A stretch of DNA of 63,090 nucleotides, counting the filler, from Craspedostauros australis (lineage: Eukaryota), in the NCBI GenBank assembly GCA_030167865.1. It is 17 parts of 17 records of this genome, joined end to end, with 100 filler letters (N's around TTAATTAATTAA, not from the genome) between each part and the next. Parts side by side here need not be neighbours in the genome. Positions count along the whole stretch, not along the records: positions 22,959 to 43,897 come from JALAGF010000292.1; 16 more parts are not named here. One strand, given 5' to 3'. A program made the translations under genes and the position numbers. Below the pieces are notes generated by a model, which worked only from the letters and a program-made list of their open reading frames with translations, had not been told where the DNA came from and did no database searches. This document shows, in pieces, positions 22,959 to 36,634 of this stretch (position 1 is its first letter; every line of letters starts with the position of its first letter).

Positions 22959-25421
22959 ACGACACCGTCTGAGACGCCAACGGAGACATCATCTGCGATG
23001 CCTTCTGCGACACCATCAACGACTGTCTCTCCGTCTCAATCATGGTCTCCAACCACGGAGGTTGAACAGCCAGTCTCGGCGCCAAATGCTTTTGAAGATA
23101 GCGACGCACCGTCCATGGCGCCGTCTACGATGCCATCTGCGACACCATCAACGACTTCCTCTCCATCTCAATCAGCATCCCCAACCACTGAAACTGAACA
23201 ACCATCCACGACACCGTCTGAGACACCGACTGAGACCTCATCTGCGACACCGTCCACAACACCATCAACGACTTCATCTCCATCTCAATCATGGTCTCCA
23301 ACCACGGAGGTTGAACAGCCAGTCTCGGCGCCAAATGCTTTTGAAGATAGCGACGCACCGTCCATGGCGCCGTCTACGATGCCATCTGCGACACCGTCAA
23401 CGACTTCCTCTCCGTCTCAATCATCGTCTCCAACCACTGAAACTGAACAACCATCCACCACACCGTCTGAGACACCGACTGAGACATCATCTGCGATGCC
23501 TTCTGCGACACCATCAACGACTGTCTCTCCGTCTCGATCAGCATCCCCAACCACGGAGGTTGAACAGCCAGTCTCGGCGCCAAATGCTTTTGAAGATAGC
23601 GATACGCCGTCGCAATTGCCATCGATCTCGCCTTCAGCTGATCCCACGCCTTCAAATACCGTTGAGCCACCCATATCTGCGCCAAATGCATTCGATTCGC
23701 AGAATCCCACCCAGCAGCCGAGCGACCCACCTTCGACCGAGAGATCTCAAATGCCCACAGGTTTTGGATCTACAGACGCGCCAACCGAGAATCCAACTGA
23801 TTCTCCCACAAAGATCCCATCCGGAACAACAGATGAGTCCCAGCTACCAACATCGGCACCAACTCCGACAAATGGAAACGTTGAATCGCCCACACCAACA
23901 ACAGACGATCTAGAACAGCCAGTTTCGGCACCAAATAGTTTCGGTACGGCCCAACCATCCGATGAGCCAACGATGGCTCCGACCACCAAGGATTCCTCCA
24001 ACCCAACTACAGCCCCGAGTGATCTACCCACACCAAATCCCTCTTCGGTGTTATCCACATCACCAACGTCGATTCCAACAACGGCCCCTTCGGAGGTTCC
24101 AACAAGCAAACCGACGGCTGCACCTTCTGACCAACCATCCACGTCCAACCCAACATCGAACCCGACGGACGAGCCCACAACGGATTCTCCTTCGGTTTCC
24201 CCGTCATCTTTGCCCAGTCAAAGCCCGACGACAGATTCTCCTTCAGTTTCGCCATCTTCCGTCCCCAGCAAGACGCCGACCGACGGACCCAGTGCTCGAC
24301 CAAGTATTGAGACGATGTCGCCAACGAATGAGTTGGGAGTAAGTGAACAAATGGCCGCAACGCTGAGATGTAGCGCAACTGCCGTGCAAGGCTCCAAATA
24401 TCATTGAAATGGCAAACCCATGGTGGAAATGATGTCATTTCCTCATTGTGCCGATGCAATTTGGCTTCGACCGTGCGAGTATGCCGATGCCCGTTGGCGA
24501 GTGCGTTGATGTTACCATCGTTGTTGCTATTGCTGTTGCAGTTGACGGAATCACAATACGATGAGGTATCGTGCTTTGTTTAGCTTTGGTCGCTCACTTC
24601 TTTACATGCCACTCCTTCCCTTCCCTTTGATTGACCATTCTGCTGTGCCGCCCGACTCGCGAACACTTGTACAGATCACGGGACATTGCATGGATGGCAT
24701 CGACGTTATGAATCGTGACGCAGCCATCAAGGCCGAGGTTGCAACGATCGTGGATCGGGCCGTCGATCTGACGTCTCAAGGATCGTTTTGCGATTCTCGA
24801 AAGAATGGTAGGGAGCAGCACTGCGAACTTGACTACCAGAAGGACCTCCAGCACAACCTGCTGAGGATTTGCGAAGACAACGGCGGTGACTACTACGAGT
24901 ACTTCTACCAGGCCGTGTGCAACTCTCGAGTGTCGTCGATGAAGCTGGTGTTGCTGATGCGCAGCGAACCTGCCTGCCTCGGACGCACCTGCGAAACGGA
25001 CGAGGTCAATAGCTTCGTGACGAATGCTGCGATGGAGCACGTGCAGCAGCGGTACTCGAGCATGGATTGCGAAATCACGTACATGCGGGTGGTGACATCC
25101 GCCACGGTCAAGACGTTCAGCACGTACGTGGAGGCTCAGCGTTCCGAATCGCCAACCCAAGGTCCGTCCGCCCTGCAGTCTTCCGAGCCATCGTCTCTGG
25201 ATAGCATGGAGCCGACAGGATCACAAACGCCGACAGCGTCCCCGTCAACGACGGCCACCGTTAAACCGAGCCAACCCACACCCATCCTCAATCGCGGCAA
25301 CGGATCTGACACATCCAGCGCCAGTCGCATCCACGGTGGGTACAGCTCCACGCTGGAATTCTTTGGCGTCTTGATGATGATGATCGGAGGAGGTATGGCA
25401 GTGATGGCTTCCATCATTTGA
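22959..25421 (+). CDS. Mucin-like Ser/Thr/Pro-rich surface glycoprotein with a C-terminal Cys-rich domain and GPI-like hydrophobic tail; 5'-truncated; intron 24339-24674
   Basis: A phase-0 GTAAGT..TACAG intron joins ORF 22998-24338 in frame to 24675-25421. The ORF has 249-bp internal repeats and ends SDTSSASR..FFGVLMMMIGGGMAVMASII. Confidence 0.8.
22960..23610 (+). repeat. Coding tandem repeat, 249-bp (83-aa) unit, about 2.6 copies visible
   Basis: GTTGAACAGCCAGTCTCGGCGCCAAATGC recurs at about 23061, 23310 and 23559. Confidence 0.9.
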
Positions 25422-26111
25422 TGAGCAACCACACCCATCGTGTCCACGACGTTTGTGCCCAACACACTACGAGTATGTATGAGAAGTATGACAGCTTTTA
25501 CAGAACTCGGCACAACAAACACACACATCATACAACACGCACTGCACAGTACGCCCATGACGCGAAATGCGCGAGATGCGCACTTGACAACAGTCGTCCG
25601 CTGCACTGCAGTGTGCCATGCTACACAATACGCAGCGTCACTCGAGGCAAGTGAACTGGACTACACAATACATATGATTAAATACTGCATGATTCTACAA
25701 CATGAAATTGATCCATAGACTTGCCTGCACAGGGTAGAGCATACAATCACGTTTCAATGTGCGTCCTCTCGCGTGCCGTTGTTGTGCTGTTTCAAACTGC
25801 AGAAGAGCAAACAGTTCCATCCACTCTATTTTCGTATGGCACGCTAGTGCTTAGTCGAATGGATCACGGCAGCAACCGAAAACAACGAAATTCAAAAAGA
25901 ACCGAAAATGTCGCGCGCCAAGAATCGTTGTCACACACCCAAAACAACACACCAAGCGCACCAAGATCGTCGATTCTCTCACGATCCACAAAAACCTGGC
26001 GACGACGGTGGCGACGACCACAGAAGAACTACGTTGATCCATCGATCATATTATACTTATTCCAACGTTACTGACGATAGAAACAGCAACAAAGGATCAC
26101 AAAAGGCAAAG

Positions 26112-27028
26112 ATGGATTCCTGGATTGTTGGACAGATCAGTTTTTGGTACACGGTCAACAAGGTACGAGCATCGTAGGGTGTGTCGCTGTGTGTTTGTGC
26201 TGGTTGCGTCATTGCTGCGTTGGCACAAGGGCCATCTTCGAGTTTATCTGTTCATTCCCATGCCTCTACCAGCAGATTTCTGTTGCCTGATTGGTACAAT
26301 AACATCCGCATCTTGTATTCCACGAGAGTCCTATGCTCGTATTTATGACACTTCCTGTGAAGCAACAAGAGATTCCTCGGTCGAGGATTTTACCTTTGCC
26401 AAGTGAGGGTGCTTGCATATGGCACAACGATATCACATTCGCGCGATGCTGCGTTGCACTTCTCTCACATCAGCGTATGCCTTCCCTCGTCACATACGTG
26501 AATATGACTGAAACGCAATGCAATGCACACCATCGTCATCAATTCCACCATGCTTCTTGCGTTTCGATTCGATTTGCGAATCACGGTTCCGACCCGTTTG
26601 CGCCGGTGGATGCGCATGAAATCATGCAACTCAACACCGCTCTACTCGATTCTGTGCTGGATGCAATGCGGACACGAAATGGAATTTAATGCAACGAAAC
26701 GCATTGGCATGAAACGAAAAAACAGGTCGAACCTGCCAAGATCGTTGACAAGGCCATTGAGATTGTGCTGGATCTTGTGACCCCGGGACGCGGTGCCGGA
26801 GAATCCAATTGGTGGATGCGCGGCGTGCGAGCGGTGGAGCAGAACATGGACCGGACGAGCCGCGAGATGGATATCCGTTCGGAATTGCGCAGCTGGGATC
26901 GGGATTATCCGGAGATCCATCACGAACTGATCGTGCGATGGGTGTCGGGCGCCGTGGTGTCCCTCTTTGCCGTCATGATCTACGATGGTCTAAAACCGTC
27001 GAGCGGGAAAGGTCGTTCGAAACGATGA
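26112..27028 (+). CDS. Possible small two-exon protein with a C-terminal TM segment (intron 26163-26725)
   Basis: AAG|GTACGA donor and AACAG| acceptor join MDSWIVGQISFWYTVNK in frame to VEPAKIVDKAIEIVLDL..WVSGAVVSLFAVMIYDG. No family recognised. Confidence 0.4.
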
Positions 27029-27101
27029 GCGTGCGATCTTTTGGTTGTGGTGATATTCGAGCACAATAGAGTGAGTGTTCACGAAGACCAGATTGATGAA
27101 A

Positions 27102-27154
27102 CGGAATGGAATGGGATGGGATGGGATGGAACGGAACGGAACGGAACGGAACGG
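27102..27154 (+). repeat. Compound pentanucleotide microsatellite (GGAAT/GGGAT/GGAAC)
   Basis: Directly visible tandem pentamers. Confidence 0.9.
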
Positions 27155-28677
27155 TGTCCACACAATGAAACATGGCATTTGGAGGGACCACAGAAAGGAA
27201 CAACGCAACAGACTGGAACGAAATAGTATGAACTCTGAAACGGAACAAAACAAAACAATGCGAGATGCAATGAAAGGAAATCAATCGCGGTGGAATCCTC
27301 GCATGAGGGAGGTTCGTACGTTCCGTTCATTGGGTCTTCCATGATGTTGCGGGAGCGCAAGAGCACACAATGCAGGCGCAACAATGCACGAACCACGATG
27401 GACAGCGTACTCGCGCCGTCATGATGAGAGAAAGAGAAAACAGGAATGGAAAAGGTGATGTGGATGTGGAGTTGGAGATGGAAACCTGCTGAACCACCAC
27501 TGTGCGAGAGTATTTTGCCAAAACGAACACGAGGACAGCAAAACCTACAAGGCAAGGCAACAACACATCTACTTTCGATCATGTAGACTGTACGAGCTCC
27601 GTTTTAAAGCACTATTGTTGTACCAAAGAGAAACTGAATTTGTCTGTTCTGTTGGATCCGTGACTCTCGGATCGCGTCATGTCGGAAACGTGAAAACACG
27701 TCAGCATGGAGCGTGTCAAGGAGCGGAATCTCACAAGAAAGATCCAGAAGGACTGTGATGAATGATGACGTGCAATCGATGTCATGCGGCGTCACATCAT
27801 CAGTGTCGATCCAGAATTTGCACCTTGCAGCGCGTGTGTATCCCTTGCACACCAATGCGAGTAGATTCGAGTCGGTGGTTGCGGAAGAGCGCTGTCGTCG
27901 TAGGAACAGGATGAAGCCACGCGGAGTCGATCATCCATGTTTGTGCGTCTGCGAGATGGACGACAGCGTGGGAATTATGGTGCGAGTTGCACACAGCGGG
28001 TTGGAGGAGATGCGGCACTTCCAGCATCTGCCACAGCAAGAAGCATGCAGAGCACGAGTGCCAATGCTCTTGTGCCTGATTCGTCACCACCGCGCGACGT
28101 GGGAAGATGCAGCTGCAGGATAGTGCCAAACACGGGTACTCGCCACGAAACCGAAGGGAGGATATTTTTGCAATTGCACCGTAGCTTCTGAGAAAGTTGC
28201 GCGAGTCAGGAGGTGGTGTTGGTTGTAGTTTCGGAATTGTGATTTGTCTCTATTACTTTATGGGTTAATTTGTGGTTGGAACTGTGTCTTTGTTGTTGTT
28301 CTGTTGTTAGTGGTGGTTTGAGTCGAGTTGAGTTGCTTTTCGAAATGATGCGAATCGACGCGGACATGGCAGGGTGAGAGCCGCGCCATGGTTGGGCGAT
28401 AGGGGGCGCATCGTAAGTGTGGAATGGGAGAGCGCATGCGAAGCATCCCAGCTGCTAGCTGCCATGTCGAGTGGTGCATTGTGTTGCGTAATGATGACGT
28501 CGGACCATGATTGCACTTGCGTTGGTCAACAACTGCAAGTGGGAGAGCCGTTTCTCCGCATGGCGCCGACCTGGGTCATTCAGTACTGATGATGGTGTGG
28601 CAACAGCAGCAGAGCTGTGAGGGGCAGAGCCACGTCGCTCCGCCCCATGCGTGATGTTGTTGGGAAGGGGATGATGT

Positions 28678-29802
28678 TTACTTGAGGAATTGTCCATCAG
28701 CGAGGAAGGCCCGAACGAGAGGTCCCAGCAAAAGGAACAAAGTTGAGGTCAAGGCGACAGTCAACATCATATTCTTCTTACCGCCACCCCACAGGAGAGT
28801 GGCTCTTGGCGCATTCGCAACGGAGCGGACAACCTTCCTCAGAGCCGCGCTGGCAAACAGCTGGGCCTTGTGTGATACGAACCTGACAGTTTCCTGGCGT
28901 CTGTGCTGCACGATGTAGATGGCTCTGAGAGCTGGGAGGATGCACTTGATCATCTTGTGCGTGGTGGAGACGACGGCAGCGTCCGAGTCGATGATGGCGG
29001 ACGGGAGGGAGATGGCGTAGGTGGGGAGGGCGGATGCCTCGGCCAGGCCTGTTGGCGCTGAGCCGGACAGCGGCGATGATGCCAGCTGCATCTGCTGCTT
29101 CTCCTCCTGCCTCTGGAGCAGCGCGTGTTGCTTGGCCTGCGTCTGTTCCTCCTGCTGTTGCTCCCGGAGGAGCTTCTGGAGGAGCTTCTGGGAGGCCATG
29201 CCGGCCACTCCGAGGACGTAGAGGGCATCCTTCTGCTTTCGCGCGGTGGCTGGGGCTGCGTTCCTGTTCTGGCCGTTCATGATCCACTGCATGACGTTGA
29301 ATGGCTGCTGGTTCATCTCCTCTTCCTCCTCCTCGACGTTGTGGAGTCTCTGGTAGCGTCTGTTGAGGAACTCGAGGTACTCGTCCACCGCATCCTGCTC
29401 CGCTGTGTCTTCTGCCGCTGTGTCTTCGTTGGAGGACACGGCTGCCGACGTGGAGAAGAGTGAGGTCCACCAGCCGCCTGCTTTCGAAGGTGCCTTCGAT
29501 GTGTGCGACACAGGCGAAGAGGTCATCGGTGCTCCCACGGGGGATGCTGAGGGAGAGATGGTGCCATCCGATGAGTCGCGGAAGTTCAGCTGCATGAGGC
29601 TGCTGCGTGGATCGTAGTTGAGGTTGTGGATGTTGTTGTGGGCGTTGGCGCTGTTGATGGTGCCGATGCGATGCTGCCTGCTGGAGTGCAGCGCTGGTCT
29701 GCCCATCATGGTTGCTGGGTGCGTGGCCTCGAAGGCTGCCGTGAGCGGAGCTGCGAGAGACAGCAGCAGGGTGCCAGTCAGGCACACCTGATGCAGAGAC
29801 AT
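28678..29802 (-). CDS. Hypothetical protein, likely plastid-targeted, with a C-terminal TM helix
   Basis: MSLHQVCLTGTLLLSLAAPLTAAF resembles a signal peptide plus ASAF-like motif. GC3-rich coding bias. Contains DAVDEYLEFLNRRY and DALYVLGVAGMASQKLLQK. The start could lie further upstream. Confidence 0.7.
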   Translation of the reverse strand: MSLHQVCLTGTLLLSLAAPLTAAFEATHPATMMGRPALHSSRQHRIGTINSANAHNNIHNLNYDPRSSLMQLNFRDSSDGTISPSASPVGAPMTSSPVSHTSKAPSKAGGWWTSLFSTSAAVSSNEDTAAEDTAEQDAVDEYLEFLNRRYQRLHNVEEEEEEMNQQPFNVMQWIMNGQNRNAAPATARKQKDALYVLGVAGMASQKLLQKLLREQQQEEQTQAKQHALLQRQEEKQQMQLASSPLSGSAPTGLAEASALPTYAISLPSAIIDSDAAVVSTTHKMIKCILPALRAIYIVQHRRQETVRFVSHKAQLFASAALRKVVRSVANAPRATLLWGGGKKNMMLTVALTSTLFLLLGPLVRAFLADGQFLK

Positions 29803-32800
29803 TGATGATGATGAAGTTGAGGCTGACGTGGGCTTTGTCTGTCCATTCTTTCTTCCCTTGTTGCTCTTCCGGCGGTTGGTGCTGCGCGTGCGCTTGTTGT
29901 TGGCGTTGCTGCTGGCAATGTTGTCGTTGCTGTGGGTGTTGTTGCTCATCATCTTGTCTGTCGTTGTGCTTGTCGTTGCTGCTGTTGTCGTCGTTATCGT
30001 TGTATCGGTTGTGTTGGTTGTGTTGGTTGTGAGGTCGTGTGGGTGTAGTTGTAGTGGTAGTTGGTAGGAGTTTGTAGTGCTGTTACTGCGTGTGAAAGTG
30101 CGTGTGAGTGAGTTCCGTTTGGGTAACTTTGGCGTTGTTCTGATTTTATGGGAAGGAGAGCCGAATCCGTGGTGCATTTCTGTGTGCCTGCTGCTCGTTT
30201 CTCCACGCAAAAAGTGCTGGCTGTCCTCTCTGTTTGTTTGCTTCCACTTGGCTATTGTGCTACTTCGTCCCACCACGTGAAACCACCACAGCAGCACAAA
30301 CAACACGGCATTTCCACGTGCAAGCAGTTTTCTCGCGCCAAGCAGCATGAACAAAATCGAACGACCAAGTCACCACGCCGATGAAACTGCTCCATCGCCT
30401 GTGGTCAAGTGAGTCAAACAGAACAATTTTGATCGTGCACACCGATATCGGAGGAACGGCACTCGATGCACCAATCACATCGAAGCAAGAATTCCAATCC
30501 GCTCATCGGAATTTCTTTTCAGGTCTTCGGGAAGTTCTGATTCTCATTGCGCTTGACGTCACGAATACCCGAATACTTCGATCCGTCATCTGATTGGCTC
30601 AACCAATGTCGCAGATCCAAACGTCGCATTGAATTGGCATCTGTCATTCGGCGGGACCTAAGTGACTGACACCTTGTCATTGCAATTGCATTTTCGGATA
30701 GTGCCATTGTAGGACGTCAGCATACTTAAGTCTTCAACACGTGATGCACGTCGCACAAAGGTGTCAATACGTTGCACATAACTTCGCGACACGAACGTCA
30801 AGGGGAGGTGATGCTCCGATTAACCTTTGTTTCGTGTCACAATCCCTTGAGCTCCTCACGAAAAACGGAAATTGCGTTCTTGTGGTTGGTCAGTCGTTCC
30901 GATAGTTAGTTGTTCTGTCGGAATCGAGAATTGTTTCTGCTTCCTGAATGTCTGTGTCTTGTGGTGGCTTGATACCGCACGACTGCCAGCGTTTGTCAAC
31001 GCGCAAAGGTCACGAATGGAGTGAAGCTGTCCAGAGAGATGACAGCAATGACAATGAAAACGGCTGCGTCAATGACAGCAACAGCAAAAGTACCTTGCTG
31101 CGGTTGCCGTGTCCGTTTTGTCCAGGATGCCGACAATGCCCCACGACCACGCAGAACATCCATGAGAAGAAGGAGGTGCACGACGCCGATGGTGATGACG
31201 GAGCCAAACCGAAGACGACAGAAGTCACCATGCACACGACAGAAGACAGAAAGGGGGACCACACACCATCATCAACAGGAGGGCGCAAAAGTGCTTTTGA
31301 AGAACACATTCGACGCTGCCGAAATGACCGTTGCAGTCCACGAAAGACAACCCAGGTCTCCAACTCCGTCTTTGGCGAAACAAGGAAGATGGGAATTCGC
31401 ACACCTGTTCACGCAGTCGCAGCAACAGTATCAGGTCGTCGCCAAGAAAGACATCGACGTCGTCATCGTCAACAACAACAACACCCCGAGAGGTCGCGAA
31501 AGTGAAATGAGAAAGATGTGCGGAGCATTCCCACGATCCGAGCAGAGTTGGAAACGGTGACATGGCGCTTGTAAAACATGATCGACATGTTGACGATGCC
31601 TGTTGATGTTGTTGATGCTGTTGGCGATCACGATGCCGATCGACGAAGAGGGAGAGGGAAATTGTCGAGAAGCACGAGTACAGTAGGAGTCAAACGGAAT
31701 CAGAACGGGGGCGGAATGTGCAAACTGTCGCCATCGATGCCGAGCAGAATCATCATCACGTTCCTTGTTCTTCTGGCTCGTCTCGATGTCGGTCTTGATC
31801 GACAAAGCGTCACCTTCTCGGTGGCATCAACTCTCCCAACGATACAGCGGGATACGATAGATGTCATGTCTGTTTTCCTGTTGTGGTTGACACGACAGGA
31901 CATCACAGAACAGCATCTTGGGTGACTTCTTGTTGCCGAATCACTCTCCTCCTCCTCCTTGTCCCTTTCTTTTGCGATCTCCGATGCCCTGAGCAACGAA
32001 TGACCATCCACCAAATGAGAACCTCTCGTACGACCTGGGTTGTCCAACTACGTGCCACTCGTGCGCAGTCGTGATGTGGCGGTACGCGTTGCCTGAACGT
32101 ACACCATCTTCTGCGCAAGACTCGATGCACAAGATGACCATGACGGCTGACTTTTTCACCGCAATGCCTTCACGACGCCAGCACCCCGTCACAGACAAGA
32201 CAAATGCTGGGGCACTTTTTGAGGCCTTGTGGTTTGCGCCATGGACGTACTCGTGGTGCCACCACGTTTCGCCGCCCCAACAATCATCGTCGATGATGCA
32301 TCGTCATTGTTCTCGACTTCGCACGGCAACAGCGACCCTCCGATGTTGGTTTCTTTCCTCCTCGGCACGCGTCCTCACTTGTTCGCACGTTCGTTTGCTC
32401 ACTTCCATTTCCAAACCTGTGGTCATCTTCGTCTGCGTTTGCGCCGTGTTTGTTCCGTGTTTCCGTCTGGAACGTCGAAGATGATGTTCCGGCGATTCGC
32501 ATCAGAATTCTGCAACTCAGTCGTGTGTGTCGACGGCATTGGGCCTTTGACAGTTCTTCAAGAAGAGCAAATTGATCAGTGCGACTAAAGAGACAATCGA
32601 TTAGAACGAGTGATTCACGCATTCTGAATTCTGAGTCAGACTTTCGCCAAGGCTCGTCTCCGCCTTGCCATCTGTCCTGTCAGTCTCAGCCACAAGAGCG
32701 ATTTGGCGAATCTGACTGAGCGAGATTCGATGTCGAACAAGACCAAAAGGTATCTTGCTCGCGCCTTCCAAACATCACCAAAAGTGTTCGTTTGCGTGGC

Positions 32801-33304
32801 TGCGAGGAATTGTGTGAGAAACAACAGCGATGGGGAACGTGGAGGGCGGCAAGTGCGATGAGCAACAAGGCCGATTGCTCCTCAGCATGTGGAGGATTGT
32901 AAACTAACTCTGATCGTGGTGGGTGTATGGATGATAGCAAGCGCCGTCGTATCAACCATCGTTGCTGTCTCCAGGGAGAGAGAGAGAATGTATCACAGAA
33001 TGTAATATAATAGTATGGATGTTGTAATGAAAACAAGAATCTGTTACATGATGTTATTGGTTTGTTCTTTGGTCATGTGGATGGTTGGGTGCCTTTCCGT
33101 GGTGCCGTTCAAGTTTAGACTCTTCGGCTTGCGGTGTTGTGTGGCAATAGTAATCGATTGATGAGATGATGCATGTGTCAAAACCCACATGCGTCAATCC
33201 GGTGGTGCTGATGTCTTGCGACGTCGTCACGAGTATGGTGTGTACCAATATGGTGCGCCATCATTTTTGCAAACTGCGCTGTGCCGTGCTGCGGTCAGAG
33301 CTGT

Positions 33305-35061
33305 TTACATGGACTCCATTCCCATCATTCCTCGGAGCTGCTCGAAGATGATGAGCTGCAGGGTGGTGGTTGGGGCGAATCGGGACCAGATTGGCATGAA
33401 TCCACGCCAGAAGGTCATTGGTCCTTCCTGTGTGGCGATCTTGACCATGCAGTCGACGGCGTTATTGTAAATTTTGGCGTCGGAGGGCTGGTTCATCAGT
33501 CGTGTGCGGACCATGTCGAATGGAGAGACTGTGCACGTCATGAAGAATCCTGCGGTGACGGCGGAGAAGAATTGGGTGAGGAGGGACTTCTTGGACCAGC
33601 CGGTGGCGTCGACGACGATGCCCTTGGCCTGGTCGTAGCAAGCCATCTTGGTTCCGTTGAGGACCATGGCACGGGCGACGTTGGAGTCGATACCACGGTA
33701 GAATCCTCCGATGCCCTGCATGGCCATGAGATCCTTGGCGGTCTTGACCATGGATGGGACCTCCTTTCCGGAGCTGGCCATCATCTTGGTCTTGAGCACA
33801 TCGAATGGGTTTCCGGCGAGGGATCCAAGGGCACCGGCGGCGGAACCGGCGGCGAACTTCTTGTAGAATGGAGCGTTCTTCTCGCTGGCTCCGAAGACGA
33901 CCTTCATTGGCTCGTAAAGTCCCAATCGGAGGGAGGTGTAGGATGCCTCGCGCAACCAGGCGGCGTTGACTCCCTTCCACAGGGCGAAGACACCCTCCTC
34001 ACCGGTGATCTTGGTGACGGTTCCTCCCATGCCGAGCTTTCCGTACTCAGAGGAGATTTGGATACGAGTCTGCACGAGTATTTGCCATTTGTTGATGGGA
34101 TCGCCGCGGTTTGGAATTCATTTTTGGACGTGTGAGGGTGTGATGTCGTCGTTTCGCAATGATTCGGGTTGCGTCAGATACGTCAGTGTTGCGAGTTGGA
34201 TTTCGAAAAGATCACACCATTGCACAATATTCGTTTTCAGTATGGACGGAGTTGGTTGTGCATTGCATTGCATTGTGTCGTATCCATTTGTGCATTGCAT
34301 TGCGTCGTATCCATTTGTGCATTGAATTGAAATGCGTCAAGTCGGATGGTGTTTCGGAAATGATGCCATCGCGCACGATGGAAGGAGGTAGCACAAGTCG
34401 CGTGTTGTTGGGAAGGAGAGGGAAGGATGCCAGTTTTGCACGATCCGCCAGGAAGATGGCAAAAGACGCGGGAAGTATTTGCAGACGAGAGGAGAAGAAG
34501 TTGCGTGAGATGATGCGACTGGTATTGTATGGAATTGATGTTGCACAGCTGTATTGCGTTGTGCCTTGTTGCCATGATCTGCCAATCCGTTCCATCATGG
34601 GCGCAGTAGTGGAAGATTCATGCGCGAAGTGCCAGAATGACTGATTGGCAGATTGACAGATCGAGAGTGGAAAAGTATTCGAGGACTCGACTGAAGCGAA
34701 GGGTTCCATCACGCTCGTGGTTTGCAATTGCGGTTCTGCCAAATAATTCTGTGGTGTGTGTGTGTCTGTGATGATCTGCCGCCGATACAGGAGGAATCAA
34801 TTGGCTGCCGAGCATCGGTGTTCCTTGCGATGTTCTCGATAGGTCTACATCGTATGGAATTCCAGTGAGTTGCACCGCGTCACGCCCAACATGGAAATGA
34901 CACTTGAAAGTAATATCCTTTCGTACCTTGACGACATCGATTGGGTGGATGAAGGAGACAGTGATGACTGCGGCGGTTCCGGCCATGCCGACCTGCTGGA
35001 GGAGGCTTGGCTGTCCGACAGCGGCGGTGGCGAGTGGGCGGTTTGGGGCAGTGAGGCTCAT
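33305..35061 (-). CDS. Mitochondrial carrier (SLC25; oxoglutarate/dicarboxylate/UCP-like group); exons 35061-34927 and 34069-33305
   Basis: Three signature motifs: PIDVVKTR (across the phase-0 GT..AG intron 34926-34070), PFDVLKTK and PFDMVRTR. Also REASYTSLRLGLYEP. About 299 aa. Confidence 0.93.
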
Positions 35062-36634
35062 GGTGATGGTTGTGTGTGTGGATGTGTGTTGGTTGTGAGG
35101 TTTGGAGGCGGACGCTTTGATTTTGTGAGGTGGACAAGGGGGGATTTGCGTGGTGTGTTGTGCTGTTGTGTCCTTCTGTGTGGTTGTGGGCGTTGCGGTG
35201 ATGTTGCTGCTGGGTGCGTGTTTGGCGGTGTTGGTGTGTGGGCGGCAAAAGGAAGGGACATCGTCGTTCGTTGTTCGTTGTTCGTTGTTCGTCGTTTGGA
35301 TGGATGGCGGGGCAGAAACCAATGCTGCTTGTGTCGTGCGGTGTCGTGCGATGTGGTGCGCGGTGTCGGAATACGTGTTGTGGCAAAATTCAGGAAGCGA
35401 ATGCGCTGGTTCGGCTGCGTTGATGGCTCGTTGATGTCTCTTCTGAACCGGGTTGCTTCTTCCTGAACAAATCAAACCAAATCCAAACAAATCAGCGACA
35501 ATTCACACGGCGATCTTTTCTCGCCGAAGGAAAAAGATTCCTCGCTTCCCCTTTGTACTTCTCCATGTCGCAGTCGGCGATGACTCGTTTAACCGAAGAT
35601 GTGATGGTGTGAGTCATCGGGAAATGATAATATTCATCTCTGAATGTTGTATCATGACCACGTCAGTCTCATTCCACCACCTTGGCTCGTGCGATTGCGT
35701 GTTTTGGTTGGCCGAGACGCGCACCATAAATGTCGTAGCGAAGTATGTCATCGTCACTGTTCCACATCCATCACATCTTCGCGCAGTCCATCAAAAGTCG
35801 ATTGATGAGAAAGGCAGAGAAACATCACTTTCTGGATTCTTTATTCCTTTTCTGTGTATCAAAATGGAAAAATGGTGATGATTGTGCTGATGCCGGAAGT
35901 TGCGAAATGGGCGAGGTGACCTCAACGGACAGAGCGGCGCGATAATCTTCCAACGCTTGTCATCATGGCACCGCGGCGGCGTCGTTGCCACATGTCGCAG
36001 GCTGCGTTTGATGTGTTGCAGCTGGTTGATGGAAAGCATTCTGATTCGTTGATGAAGGTGAACATCGTCATGGCGTGATGTCATCGTTACGTCATCCGTC
36101 TCCTCCGCTCACAAAATCTAACCTCCCTCCGATGCGAAACGTGGCGTTGGCGCCGGAAGGGAATGACGTGCCCACGAACGCACCAGCGAGGAGATGGAGT
36201 CGGAGATGGACGTCCGTATCTTGGACGTCTTCCGCGACCTCATCAATCATTGTACCTATTCTGCGGGTAACCTTGGAGAATATAATACAATACTATTATA
36301 GAATATTACATTGAACATCTCATCGTAATCGTTTTGGCTTTTGTTGCAACGTGGGCAACAACGTGAGGTGCGTTGAGCCATCCCCAATCTCATGCAAAGA
36401 TTCCGAGATTCGCGCTGACGCCGATGCAAGGTTTGGAAGATTGTTGACTATCGTGATGTTCTGATATGATGTCATTGGAATACAAGAAGTGGCAGCCAGC
36501 ATCTCACGTCCAAGTGCCATACCATACCATGCCATACCATTTTCTGTGATTACTAGTTCATTCCTTTCGTGCATCGACTTGATGCATCCTCCTCATAGCT
36601 CTGGCCATTAGATTGGACTAGGCGTTCGGATGTC

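Noticed and set aside
30400..33250. Overlapping ORFs of 100-185 aa
   Set aside because: No recognisable motifs or consistent coding bias; expected by chance at this GC content.
33281..34135. Long antisense ORFs over the carrier, LHC and 28.7-29.8 kb genes
   Set aside because: Shadow frames caused by strong codon bias of the real genes.
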